Source: Anthoceros angustus (Eukaryota; Plantae; Anthocerotophyta). Taken from it: a stretch of DNA of 64,000 bases. The stretch is taken from NCBI GenBank assembly GCA_010909165.1, contig MU008170.1, forward strand, positions 1,240,001-1,304,000. Direction: 5' to 3'. The notes beneath the pieces are model-generated. The model saw nothing but the letters and a program-made list of their open reading frames with translations. It did no database searches and had not been told where the DNA came from. Positions 39,314-53,400 of this stretch are shown here, in pieces. A program made the position numbers and the translations under genes. The number at the start of each line of letters is the position of its first letter. Position 1 is the first letter of the stretch.

Positions 39314-39430
39314 CGTGTCCCTACGGATGTACGTAGGTAGGTGTAGGCGGGGCGTGTCCCTACAGATGTATGTAGGTAGGTGTAGGCGGGGCGTGTCCCT
39401 ACAAATGTAGGTAGGTAGGTGTAGGCGGGG
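39314..39430. repeat. 39-bp tandem repeat x3
   Basis: CGTGTCCCTAC.GATGTA.GTAGGTAGGTGTAGGCGGGG at 39314, 39353 and 39392. Confidence 0.9.
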
Positions 39431-41428
39431 GTTGTAGGTGCAGCTTGGCGCACGGGGTTTGGAGGTTGAGGATTAAGCTTTTTCCTTGGGTTTTGCTAGG
39501 CAGGATGGTCTCTATGGGAGCGCCTAGGGCCAAAGAGATGCAGGGAATGTTGTTCTTGCACATGAGCTGATGAAAATTGATGACTTAAGAGCCTTCTTGG
39601 TGCAAACCAGCTAGGGTCTTGAATTTGTGCAAGATGGATGGGCAGGAGTCTTGGATTCATGGTGGGGGTTGATAGCTACAATAGAAATTAGATGTTATGG
39701 TTGGCTGTGGGGAATAATGGATGGGATATGGCCAAATGCTTGCAGCAACCACTCATATCTATGGCTGCAATTCAGGGCTTCAATTTAGGCAAGCTCTTTT
39801 GCTATAATTGTCACATGAGAAGACTAGAGCACTACATAAAAGTACAGGGAGGAGTGAGCTAGGGCTTGTGTGTGTGCCCTGTACTTGTGTGTGTCATCTT
39901 ATGAGTGATGCTGCCATCTCCTCTTTGTGTGCTCTTTTCTTGTGCCACCAACTTCTTGGGTCTTGATGTGCCTTGGCTGGGTTTTGGGAGTGAATTTCTT
40001 CTTAGACGGGGGCATCCTTAGTGTCCCTAGTGCTTGGGTGAATTCCCCTTGCCTTCTAGCTTAGGTATATATTGTAGAATCTGTGATGTTCTCTCCTTTT
40101 CTATTTATTGTAGATAGTGACTTCTTAGAAGCGTGGTCTATAGGGGGAATCTACCATGTCTTCTTCTTCTCATCTTATCTTTCTTATCTTCTCTTTTCTT
40201 TCTTGCATCTTGGTATTTATTCTCCTTATGGGATTGGTAAGGACCAAGCTGCAAGGACGAGGTTGGTTCCGGATGAAGCCATGTGTGGATACCGTGAAGG
40301 GTTTCTGAAGGCCAAGGAAACCCCAAGCTTATGAAGCGCATGGTGATAGTTTGGAGTGTGAGCTCGTTGCTGGAAATGTTGGACGATGGGACGGTGTGTG
40401 TGGAGGCCTGCAATAATTGTGGAGGGATGGAGTGCAAACCATGGGAAGAGCATGAGTCTCTTCTCCACAAAGCTTTAGATTTTGTGATGTGGAGTGTGTG
40501 GCTCAGAGGAGCCAGCTGTGGAATTGTGTGGGAACGCCATTGTGGAGTTAATGCTGCGGCAAGTGGAGGATTTATGGCAGACTGGTTAGGATTTGGAGTG
40601 AGCAATCACAGATCATAGTGAAGTTTTCCCGCATTAAAGTAGTCGAGAGAACCCATTGTCGTGCTCTTACGAACACATTTTGAGTTGTTGCTTGTGGTAA
40701 GCTACCAGTTGTGAATGACTACTAGTTATGAGCTGTAAGTTAGTATAAGAGGATGAGAAGTGGCTATGACATGTAATACAAAGGCTAGGACGAATAGTTG
40801 GAAGTCACCTTGAACAAGCTAAAGGACACATAATATTTGGAGGAGGGCAAAAAAGAAAAAGAGATGGAGAGGGAAAGAGCCGATAGGAGGAAGGTGATAT
40901 TGACATCAATGCAGAAGTGCCAACATTACCTCATCTATGTAGTTTGTGCGCAACGTTGCTTGACACGCACAAGAAAGTTATAATTCGACTTGCTAAGTTT
41001 TGATGAAAACGATGACACTAGCATGAGATACAAAGGAAGGGGATCCGAAAGGTAGGTACATATGTATGTAAGCTTACCGTATTCAAGTGGGAGCACGTGC
41101 GTTGCAAATTTTAACCCATAATAGAATAGAGACACTAAACTTACGAAGGGCTCAATCTCCCTCGCCCAACAAAATCCTACATTTCCCGTTCTTTTGTTTT
41201 GTAGCCACCGAAAACAGATTCGCTTGTTTCATCCAACAACCATCCAATAGGATTCTTCTTCTTCGTTTATGGTCTTCCTCTTATATTCAGATGGACTCCA
41301 TCTCATTTCTATTTACCTAGGTGTTCACCAGGCCAATATCTCTCTTGAATCTATCTCCTGAGGAAGATGAAACATTTGCCCGGCCTGCGAGGCCAAGCAA
41401 CCAAGCAAGCGTGTAAGGAACCGCGGGT

Positions 41429-44400
41429 ATGGCGTCGGCCGTCGCCGCTGCTGCCTGTTGCGGCAGCAGCAGCGGCTATGACCCGCTGGGTTGGCCCTGC
41501 GTCTCGAGCTTCTCGAGCGTCTCAAGCTTCTTCTGCGTTTCAGTCTGGACAAGGTCTAGGCCCTCGAGGCTGCCAGCGCGACGGGCGACGACGGTGAAAG
41601 CGGTGCTGGCGGAACCGCGGTCCAGGCCGGCCCTAGGGTTGGAGAATGGGCGTAGCAGGGGCGGGGCGCGGCTGGAATTTTCCATGGGCGCGGAGGTTGG
41701 ATTGCTGGAAGAGGTGGAGCTGAGGTACAGCTTTCTGGAGTACATTATGGAGAGGGCCCGGGGTGGGGACGCCCAAGGGGTGGAGGAGGCGATGTCAGAG
41801 ATGGGAATAGCAGGACTGCAGCCTGGGCCGCGGGCATATCACGGCCTGGTGGTGGCCTACGCTTTGAACGGGGACAGTGATGGAGCGGTACTTTGGCAGA
41901 ATCGTCCATTTGGCACATGCATTTGTTTCTGGGGAGGAGGAGCTGCTAGCCAGTCTTAGCGACATGACATTCCGCCTGTGCCTGTGCCCGTTGTTGGTCA
42001 CGACCCGCTCATTCTGTTCTCGTCTCCTGGCTGGTAAAATTGCATTGCAGCTCCAAGCTCTGCGGAGGGAGTTTGGGTCCGGGGAAAGGCCGTTGCCGGA
42101 GACTTTCACTTCCCTGGCGCGCTTGTTCGGGTCCAAGGGCCACGCCAAGAGAGGTGAAGAGATTCTGGCAGCGATGGAGAAAATGGATCAGGACCCTCGA
42201 TTAGCCTGGCTTGCACTAGTCGGTGAGGCTTCGATTCCCGACTTCAGTCCGGATTTGGTGCGCAGGTCAGCTCAGTCTGCTGACATGGGAGCCACTGTTC
42301 TGATGCTTTTTGTTTTCTCCTTTGTCTTCTACGTGAGTGACTTTGTGGCTTGGCTCGGTCAATTGGGCTCATGGTTTCCAGGAATGTGCTTTCATGTGCT
42401 TGTCAGAGGAGCTGTTCAATGCTGGTCAGTTGGAGGAAGCCAACAACATTTTTTTCAAAGGTGCGACTGGTGGGCTGAAGTCCACAAACCACCTGGACGA
42501 CATTCTAGTCCATGAGAACTGCAGGATCGGGCAACATGGGAATGCCGTCAACATAATGAAGCTAATGGAGTTTCGGGGAAGGAGAGCTACCACGTTTCAC
42601 TTCAATTGTCTTCTCATGGCGCAGGTACAGCACGTTCGTTTTGCTACTTACACTGTATCTGGTGGCTGTCTGATTTATTGTAGGCAGAGCAGTGATTTGA
42701 CTCGACAAACTTTGAAGCTGAGTGTGAGCAATGAAACACTGACATCGTGTATTGGTTCCAGGCAAACGCAGATGTCCCTGACATTGCTGCAATGACGTTT
42801 GAGAATATGCAGTATGGGCATGGTACTTACTCTCTCGGGCACATGTTGCACCTTAGTTACAGTTTCTTATCTGAAGTGGAAGGGCCTGAAGTCATTCATT
42901 GTTTTTCACAACGTTTTCAGAACCAGAATGTTGCCTGCTGCTCACAATTGCATGTTTTGGCCGTGATTAGAGGGAATGAATCCAGATACTGAATCTTACA
43001 ACTGGCTGATACAAGCACATACGCGCCACAAGTATGGTGACAGGTTGGTATCATCCAAAGATGTCGATTGGTATGTTTGGCTAAAGAATCTGTCAGAGAT
43101 TGACTTCCATGCTTTCAAGCCAAGAATTTATCTTATGTATTTAGCATCTGATTTCTCAAACGGGTGTGTTGGCAGGTGCAAGGAAGTTATAGATGTGCTT
43201 GGGGTAATGGTGGAAGACCATAAGCGGGTGATGCCTAATTTGAGGACCTACACGTATGTTGTCTAATGATCTTTCCTTGATGAAATTCAATCTGTTCAGT
43301 GTCCATTTGTGTGAGATTGTCATGAAACTCTCTTTGGCCAAATTCAGACTGCTGGTTGAGTGCTTCACGAAGTGGAATCAGGTCAATGAGGCTGTCCGGC
43401 ACTTCCGAGCACTATGTCAGTACCCTGGAGGCACAATGGCTCTTCATAATGATGGCAAAAACGATGACTGTCTGTCTCTGTATTTGAGGGCCATATGTCT
43501 AGAGGGTGCGTATTTATGAGTGTACTTGTTGCTGGAGTCACTTTTTTGTAGGTCTTGATTGGTGACGATGTTAATGTGCTCAGAAGTTTGACTGTTCTTC
43601 TTATCAGGGAGGGCGGTCGAGATTCTGCAGGCATTGGAAGCTATGGAAAAGGACAATCAGTCCCTTCCTCCAAGGGCTATGTTTGTGAACAGGAAGGGAC
43701 GTACGATAGTTAGTTCATGGATTGAACCTCTCCAGCAAGAACCAGATCTGGGCTACGAGGTGGATTATGTTGCAAGGTCAGACTCCCTGTGATTGGCGCC
43801 TTGAACAGGTATATGACAAGCTTTTCTGCAAGTACTTAGTTGGCTTCTTAACATACTGAAATTCTTGCCAATGTGTAGGTACATAGCAGAAGGTGGGCTG
43901 ACTGGCACCCGGAATCGCTGGAGGTCCTCACCTAATCAGCAAGGTCGCCTTGTTGACCCTGACTCTGAGGGTTTTGCATATTCAAAACCGATTGAGGTGT
44001 CCTTCAGACAACACTGCTCTCAGATGCGGAAGAAGTACAATCTGAAGCTTTTGAGGAAGCTGAAACTAGAAGGTGCCGCAGCTTTAGGACCTGGAGCTAC
44101 TGAAGATGACCTGATCAGAGTTCTGGACAAGTTGAAGAAGGAGACATTTGGCGAATCTTTTGCTCAATCACGAAAGCCAAAAGCGGCAAGCAAAATGTTG
44201 GTTTCTGAGTTAAAGCAGGAGTTAGAGGCACAAGATTTGCCCACAGATGGAACAAGGCCAGTTCTTTATCAAAGAGTGCAGAAAGCAAGGAGAATCAATC
44301 GTGCCAGGGGTAGACCATTATGGGTGCCACCAGCAGAGTATGAAGATGTGGAGGTGAACTTAATTCATACCAAGCTGACTCCAGAGTGAATGCTATCTCT

Positions 44401-45656
44401 GTCTGAGCTTGTTTGACCCTCCATGAGCTAAGTGGTGGTTTGTAATTACTTTTTGTTTGTTCTGAATTCAACTTATGTTTGCAGGTTGATGAGGAACTTG
44501 ACAAGTTCATGTCTCAGCTGAGTCTGAAAGATGAAAATACGGAGTATTGGCGAAAGAAATTTTCCATCCTGGGTTCTTCTGATGGTACCCACAGTACAGA
44601 GCAACCAGATGTGGATGTTGATGTTGCTGCACTTCAAGAAGATGAGGAAAATGATGAGGCAGAAGATGAGGAAGACGAGGAAATAGAAGAGGAGGTAGAG
44701 GATGTTGATTTGGCAGAAGATGGTGGTGAAGAAGATGAACCTGATGATGCTCCCGAGATGCTGGCTGTTCAGCTATTTAAAAACACAGCTGATTTACCGG
44801 AGGAGAAGGTATGTGTACTATGTTGCATACATCTCAAGGTGGTTTGCATACCCCTCCGTCGTGTGATTGCATCTGTATGTTCACCCAGGGTTTTAGGGGT
44901 TTCCACGTAAGGTGTCTGGCCTACCTAACAGGGTTTCTCCTGTACACCAGCTGAAACGGGAGCTTGGTCGAAGAGATGGGGATTGGCTTGACTTAACCTT
45001 GGAGGAGAAGTTTGCAAAGCTGAAAGCTGATAGGATCTTTGATGTATCTGAACTTTACACCATAGCTGATGTTTGGGGCTGGACATGGGAGCGGCACTTG
45101 CTGGACTCTGCGCCAGACCGTTGGACACAGGAGCATGAGGTCCAGTTAGGAATGCAGATCTTGCAGAAGGTACGGTTGTATTGTTGACTTCCTTTGACAG
45201 CTTCTGTAGACCGGAGGTTCTGGGCCACCACCACCTAACTGTTGTCTCTCTCATCTTTGGTGTAGGTGCTCGATCTTGGGGGCGTACCGACGGTAAGCGA
45301 TTGTGCAATGTTGGTTCGTGCTGCCATCAAAGCACCCTGGCCAGAAGCTATCGTGTCCTTACTCCAACAGTCACACAAGCTGAAATATGTGTATGGAAAG
45401 TAAGGGCTCTGCAGCCTCAAGAATGGGTGCCCGTTAGTTCCACATAGATCTCACGACAAGTGCTGTGTTGTCTTACACAAACCTACGTGTGCTTGTGGTG
45501 TGCAGTAAGCTGTATGAAGAGGCGGTGACGTTGTGTATATCGCTCGGGGAGAGGGACGCAGCTGTTGCTATTGTTGCTGATATGGAAGACGCAGGGATTG
45601 TAGCATCAGCTGAACTACTTGGCAAAATTCTGGAGGTACGTCCAGACGACGTGTAA
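41429..45656 (+). CDS. PTAC3: Plastid transcriptionally active 3 (PEP-associated SAP/PPR-like protein); multi-exon
   Basis: Ser/Ala-rich transit-peptide-like N-terminus; PGPRAYHGLVVAY; IAEGGLTG..DPDSEGF; SAP domain RKPKAASKMLVSELKQELEAQDLPTDGTRPVLYQRVQKARRINR; acidic tract; FDVSELYTIADVWGWTWE. GT-AG introns, e.g. 41888-42050. Confidence 0.93.
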
Positions 45657-46249
45657 GATGAAGGTAGTTTGCTGAAACCCCCACGTTGTAAGAATGCCTG
45701 ATTGACCTCCAAGTAGTGCATCATTCGGTGCCTATCGATGAGCTTTTTGGAGCACAATATTTATACAGACAAAAGATGGCTTAGGAGTTTCCTTCGTCGA
45801 AGGAAGCACATTTGTTGTGAGTCACAATCTGCCGCTGCTGCTGCTGACAATATGTGGCAATTCTCGATCACTTCCTAAGACTTTAATTCCCGACTCATAC
45901 CAACTCATCCATGAGTGATACAAAGGTTTGGGCGGTATCCTCTCGTTCTCTGAAGTCCTGACTGTCCAATCCAAGTGACAAAATTGATGAACAGATGCCA
46001 TCCTTTCGTGAAGGAACGTAGAGACCAGTGGCAGAAGGTTTACACTGGGATTCCAGTTGTTTTCAGGTTGTTGGCACAGATGGCCTGCTACCTCCTCAGG
46101 TTTGCACTGCAACGTTGTACGAAGGGAGGCAGAGGCAGGTAGGTCTGTTGGGTGCGTGCAGGAGCATGCCGAAACTGTGTAAATGTTGTACCAGACAGTG
46201 GAGTGTAGTTGTTGTTGCTGTTGTTGGTGAGCAGACGACAGAACCAGCC

Positions 46250-47773
<1,524 letters not shown>

Positions 47774-48829
47774 CTAGGCCTGACATGTCAGGAAACTTCG
47801 CTTTTGCTGCAGCACAGGCTAAGCTTTGCTGCCGCTGCTAGACGATAGCCACAACGGAACGAACGAACGAGTACCTTCCTTCGCTGCTTTGCTCCGCCAA
47901 GCCCTAATTTTCACCCAGCAAGCATTCTTTCTTCTTCGTATTTAAAATTTTAAACGACGTATTCTTTATGCATCATGTATATAATTCTATATTCTATGTA
48001 ACTTGTATGGAATACATCACGGAGTGGCTTGTGTGTGATAACTCTTTTTTCGCCCATATTCTACACTCAAGATGCCTCAGCATCTTCAAGATTCCTTCGT
48101 CTTATATGGGCCACATCGTCGCAATATGCGACATAAAACTTTTGTCATCCTGGTTTTTTTCCTGCCGTTTAGGGTTTTTCTTATACACATACACATGATT
48201 CTACTTGGCTGGAACACACATGCACATGTTTGTTGGACATGTGTGACCCAAGCATGCAGCCTCTGCTTCACTCTGGATATTTTCTCCCCATTCGATGAAT
48301 ACAGATGCAACGGCTCACCATCAGTTGTCCAAATCGATGGCTGCGGTTTAGGGTTACATGTTCAAGAGTGTGCTACCTGTACCGTGCATCTCATCAACGT
48401 GCCAACAAGTTGGCTAACCAAAATGATGCCAGACGTTGCGAACTGTGCAAAGGTCCCTCCCGTTCCCCGCTTCTCTGATCGGATTGAACACACCTGCTAG
48501 AAGAAAAGCCATTCAGATCTGGTAGTAGATTTCTCAAGGAGTATCATACTCTCACCTGATCAAACTCAGCTAACATTACTTTTATATGAATGTTAATGTA
48601 CAAGAAGATTGCGTGATGACAAAGCATTCTACGATTTAGCGGTGATGACAAAGCATTCTACGATTTAGGCGTGAAGAAGCTACCCATGCGCCCTGAAGCT
48701 GGTAGTTGGCTTTCAGTCTGCTCTAACTTCTTGGCTAAAAAATACACCATCACATATTCATGTCCATTGCACAGTACAGGTGGACTGACATAGCAATCTC
48801 TTGTAGATAGCTAGAGCAGCAAACTCACC

Positions 48830-48920
48830 TACATTTGATTCTTGTCCAGCAATGTCTTCTGGAGGTGGACTGACATTTGATTCCTGTCTAGCAATATCTT
48901 CTGGAGGTGGACTGACATTG
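48830..48920. repeat. 42-bp tandem repeat
   Basis: ACATTTGATTC.TGTC.AGCAAT.TCTTCTGGAGGTGGACTG x2, plus partial copies. Confidence 0.75.
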
Positions 48921-50499
48921 CAATATCTTGCAGATAGCTTGGGCAGCAAACTCACCTATCTCTCATTCCTGTCTAGCAATGTGTTCTCAGTTGCCTAAGA
49001 GGGGGGAGGATAAAAGTTTGTTCACCTAGTACTTGTTTTGAAGTAGGTCCATGAGCTAAGAGTCAAAAGAGCACTTGAAATATGTTATGTCCAAAGGGTA
49101 ATACTTCAAGAACCATACAATGACAGTCATACACAAGCACATAGACGACAACCTCCCTTCATATGGTGATGGTCATGGTATATATTTGCTTGCAATGAAC
49201 TACAAAGTCTGCTTGCAGTGAACTTACGATGAACTCCGAAGTCTTCGAACTTGTTTAGAGGTATCATTTGGTACCTCCGAAGCATGGATCTATGACAACT
49301 GCCAAAAAGAGTTCTTTATATTCTTGGGTCATCATTTGTGTTGACACATTAGGGCCTGCTCAAGGTTGTTTCCCAATGTCTGCTCAAGGCTTGTTGAAGG
49401 TTTGCTCAAGGAGTTTGCCAAAAAGGGTTCTTCATATTCCTAATCATCATTTGTGTTGACACATCAAGGCCTGCTCAAGGCCGTTTCCTAAATGTCTACT
49501 CTAGACCTGCTGAAGGTTTACTCAAGGATTCTGAAGGTTTGCTCAAGGATTCACAAGGTCTGCTGAAGGCTGCGATACATATATTTTTCTTGATAGATTC
49601 TTAATACACCTCGTGACCACATCGGTACACGGGGCAGCCCCCGGCCGATGTCGTGAAGTATGTGACCCTCCATAAAAACCCTCGGTGTAAAGGTGACAAA
49701 GTTCGGTATTTCATAAACTTCACATGTCTGACAGTTTTACATATTAATTACACATATTATTAAATGCTCTATAGGCTAAACACGAAGATTTCCATGGCGT
49801 ACCCTAGGATTAATGCCATGGAGAGAGGAGACGTCTTTCTAGAATCTGCGATTCACTTCGTATCTGTATTCGTATGCGGATTCACTGGCCATAACGAGTT
49901 CGAACCCCCTCGAGTCGATTCCGTCCTTTGCTTCGCCTTCCCGCGCCTGGAGCTCCCCGGTCCCGGTCTCTGCAGGCCTCTGCTCGTCGCGAGTTACCAG
50001 GAATTTGCGTGCAACTTTAACAGCGCCGATTTCTTGCGCTCGCTGCTAGTTCTGGATCAGCTGAATGCGCGCGCCCGCTCCCTCTCTGGTGAGCGCCATT
50101 TGTCCACTCTGCGTACGCTCTGTGTCCCGATTTCCTGCAATGTGTGCGTCTTCCTCCAGTTTCTCACAACATTGTAGCAGGTTCGTTGTATCGGCTTCAT
50201 CCGGGTGAAGAGTTGTACAATTTTTCGAGTAGCTTGACAGTGGAATTCGAGATCGGTAAGAGGCGATACACGCAATGCGCGAGTCATGTTTCTGCGCCTC
50301 GGAGTTGGATTCTTGTTCACTTTGTTTGAGAAGGGAGGAATTGACATGTTGTTTGCCGTTTGAGATTGCTGCCGGACGTGAAGTTCTTGACACGTTGTTG
50401 GTAATAAATCCGGTCCGGCACATGCTCATCTTCTTTGTTTCCCTTCCATTGTAGGGAGAGCAGTTATTGCTGTGTCGGATATTGTTGTCAGGCATCGCG

Positions 50500-53400
50500 A
50501 TGGATCCGATGCTGTTGCCTATCGTCGCTGGCCTGGCTGCAGTTGGCCAGTGTCATAATAGTTTGAGAGTCAAGGAGGACTCCGAGATCACCAGTGAACA
50601 GACGCCTTCTTCGAGCAATGTGGACAGGGAGACCGCATCTCATGTTGTTGGCCCTGACAGGCAGCCAGTTACTGATGCAGGTGTCGGAGGTGGAGATCCG
50701 GGTAAAAACAAGGAAGCAGTATTTGAGACTGGTAGCTCGAGCAAGGTTGGCAGCAGCAGCAATAAATCCGCCCCTGACACCAACGTGAGCGACGCCGATG
50801 GTCCCCGCAGCGAAGAAGATGAGAATATGTCAGCAGGTGCACTGCCCGTTGTTCCTGAGAATGATTCGAAGGAATCCGAATTTGGCATTGGCTCTGGTTC
50901 CGCACCTGACGTTGGCGCTGATGAGAACAAGACACCGGCTATGGCTCTGCTTCAAACACGAAATAAGAAGGTCGGACGTGGAAAGCCAGATACACCCTGG
51001 CCACTCCCCGAGACCACTGTTTCAATCAAGGATGTCCGCCCCAGCGCTGAATCTTCCGTCTCCGCATCTGGTTCTCGCTCTCCCTCAAGCGAAGATGGTA
51101 GCTCCAGCGGCGATTCAGAACGAGTGAGGGATGAGATTGGTAAGATGAATGTTGAAATGTTGAGAGAGGTGATGCGACATGCAGATCAATTGAAAAGTGC
51201 TCAGGTCAAGGACGAGAGTCACTTCCCATCTGGCGTGAGCTCTGCTTCAAGAGAAGATGGTAGCTCCTCAGGCACTCAAGCTGAAAAAGAGTTGGAGGGC
51301 TCACTCGTAGAGCGCGCAAGTGTGCCAAGTGAGCCAATACCAAGCTTGCCACTGAACCTGCCAAGTTCAAGCAAGAGTGCCAGTGGCCGGGTAGCGGACT
51401 CTGATGTGAGAGCCGAGGATGATGCCAGTGAAGCTGTGCCCGTTGATAGCAAGCCGACAGAAGGTGAAGGGACTAGTACTGGAATGATGAGTCCGCCTCA
51501 GACAAGCAGCCTCCAGCCGAAGCACTGGAAACGGCGGAAGGTGGAAGGGAGCGAGTCAAACACCTCCGAGGGTAGTAGCCCAGGAGGGGCTTGGCACGAT
51601 TTTGCTGAAGCTGAAAAGATCCCAGGAGGTGGCAATCAACCAGCAGATGTAGGGTCTGGCTCTCCCACGAGCGCAATGCCATCCGGCGCTTCACCTGATA
51701 CAAGTGTGGAAGGCCAAGGCGAAGTGCGTGAGTTGATACCTGAGAGAGAGGCGGCATCTGTCTTGGATTCTGAGAAACCACCTGTTAGTGACACAACTGG
51801 AGACGGTGGGGAGGCAGGGAGTCCGCTGGAGCAATGCGCCCGACTTCGCGACCGGTCCCAAGTCCTTGAGGGACTGCATCGAAGATGCTCCCCGACTGTC
51901 AAAAAGGATGACACTAGTCGTACTCATGAATCTGCCTCGGTCTCCTATGCCAAAGACGTGGCTGACGTGCCTTCATGCTCCCGTGAAGAGGCCGAAACTA
52001 CACAAGAAGGGAGCAAGCCAGAGAGAAGTGATTCCGACGACGGCAGCGATTCCGCGCCTGGCTTGGAGGCCGACGAACCACCTGGTACTTTCCCAGGTGT
52101 GGAATGTGAAGGGGCTGGGAGTGGAAGCCACGCTCAGTTTGTTCCCACGGCTATCGACAATGACACCGGTAGCCTTCTAGGTGCAACAGGTTCCGATTTG
52201 ACGGACAACAGTATCGGTGGATCTGCCCTTACAGATGACGATACTTCCCAGAGCAAAACAGTGCTCAAACGACAGAGGGGAGATTCTTCCGTCAGAAGCT
52301 GCGAGCCCTGGGGTCCCGCAGTAAGTGCAGGAAGTAGGTCAGGAGAGTCCTACGCCACTGCAGACTTGGGGGAGGAGGTTGAAAGCTCTCTCAAAGCTTT
52401 AGCATTGTCGGGATCTCTGCAGGGCATTGTCGAAGGCATGGATGAACCGAGGGATGACCCTGTTCCAACCACCTCGTATTCTGCCGATTTGAGCATCTCG
52501 GTGTCTCCGAAAACTTTGGTAGGCGTGAATACGTCCAGTTCAACGAGCGTTGCAGAAACCAGGAGCGCACCAAGTTCTCCTGTCAGAGGGAGTGACGGAA
52601 GGGTGGACGATGGCGGCAGGCCTGTTTCAGAAAGCCTGATCGCACCGAGTTCTACTTTCAGAGAGGATAAGGGAAGGGTGGAGGATGACGGCAGCCGTGT
52701 TGAAGGAAGCCCAAGTATTGAGGAAAGGTCGGAAGGCTCTGGCAACTCACGAAGTTCAACGGAGAGTTTGGGAGGTGTGAATACGTCCAATTCAAACAGC
52801 GTTGCAGAAACCAGGAGCGCACCAAGTTCTACCGTCAGAGGGAATGACGGAAGGGTGGACGATGGTGGCAGGCCTGTTGCAGAAAGCCTGATTACACTGA
52901 GTTCTACTGTCAGAGAGAATGAGGGAAGGGTGGAGGATGATGGCAGGCGTCTTGAAGAAAGCCCCAGTACTGAGGAAAGGTCGGAAGACACTGGCAGCTC
53001 TGTGGCCTCTCGCTTGCACATGGAGGAACTCCGACGAATCGGAGGATTAATGAACTACACCGGGGAGACAGTTACCTACATGGGATCAGAGAGCCACAAA
53101 CCTTACAAGCGCTGCATTTCTGCCCTCTTAAGGGGGTTTCTGGTTGGGACAGGGCTCCAGGGAGCCATCTCACTCATTTCCATTCTTGACAGACTGAGAC
53201 GTCGTGCATCCAAGAGGTGACGGCCATTCCTGGCATGTTATCCATTGAATCAGACATCAGCATGTTCTGGAATGTAGTTGTTCGTCACTCTGTCTTTTGA
53301 GTTGATGAAGTGAGTGTTGGGACTCTCTGATACAGGTCAACTGCTGGACTGAAACCCATTGAAGATACTGTTATAGCAGGTGTGAAGGAATCTTTGCGAT

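Noticed and set aside
39314-39430. Short tandem repeats (also 33150-33300 and 48830-48920) as CRISPR-like arrays
   Set aside because: No unique spacers, eukaryotic context and no cas genes.
37770-40620. Short ORFs between the Copia fragment and PTAC3
   Set aside because: No recognisable motifs or consistent exon structure; probably decayed repeat sequence.
52350-53021. 223-aa minus-strand ORF, and similar shadow ORFs at 56177-56857 and 57118-57750
   Set aside because: Antisense to well-supported plus-strand coding exons.
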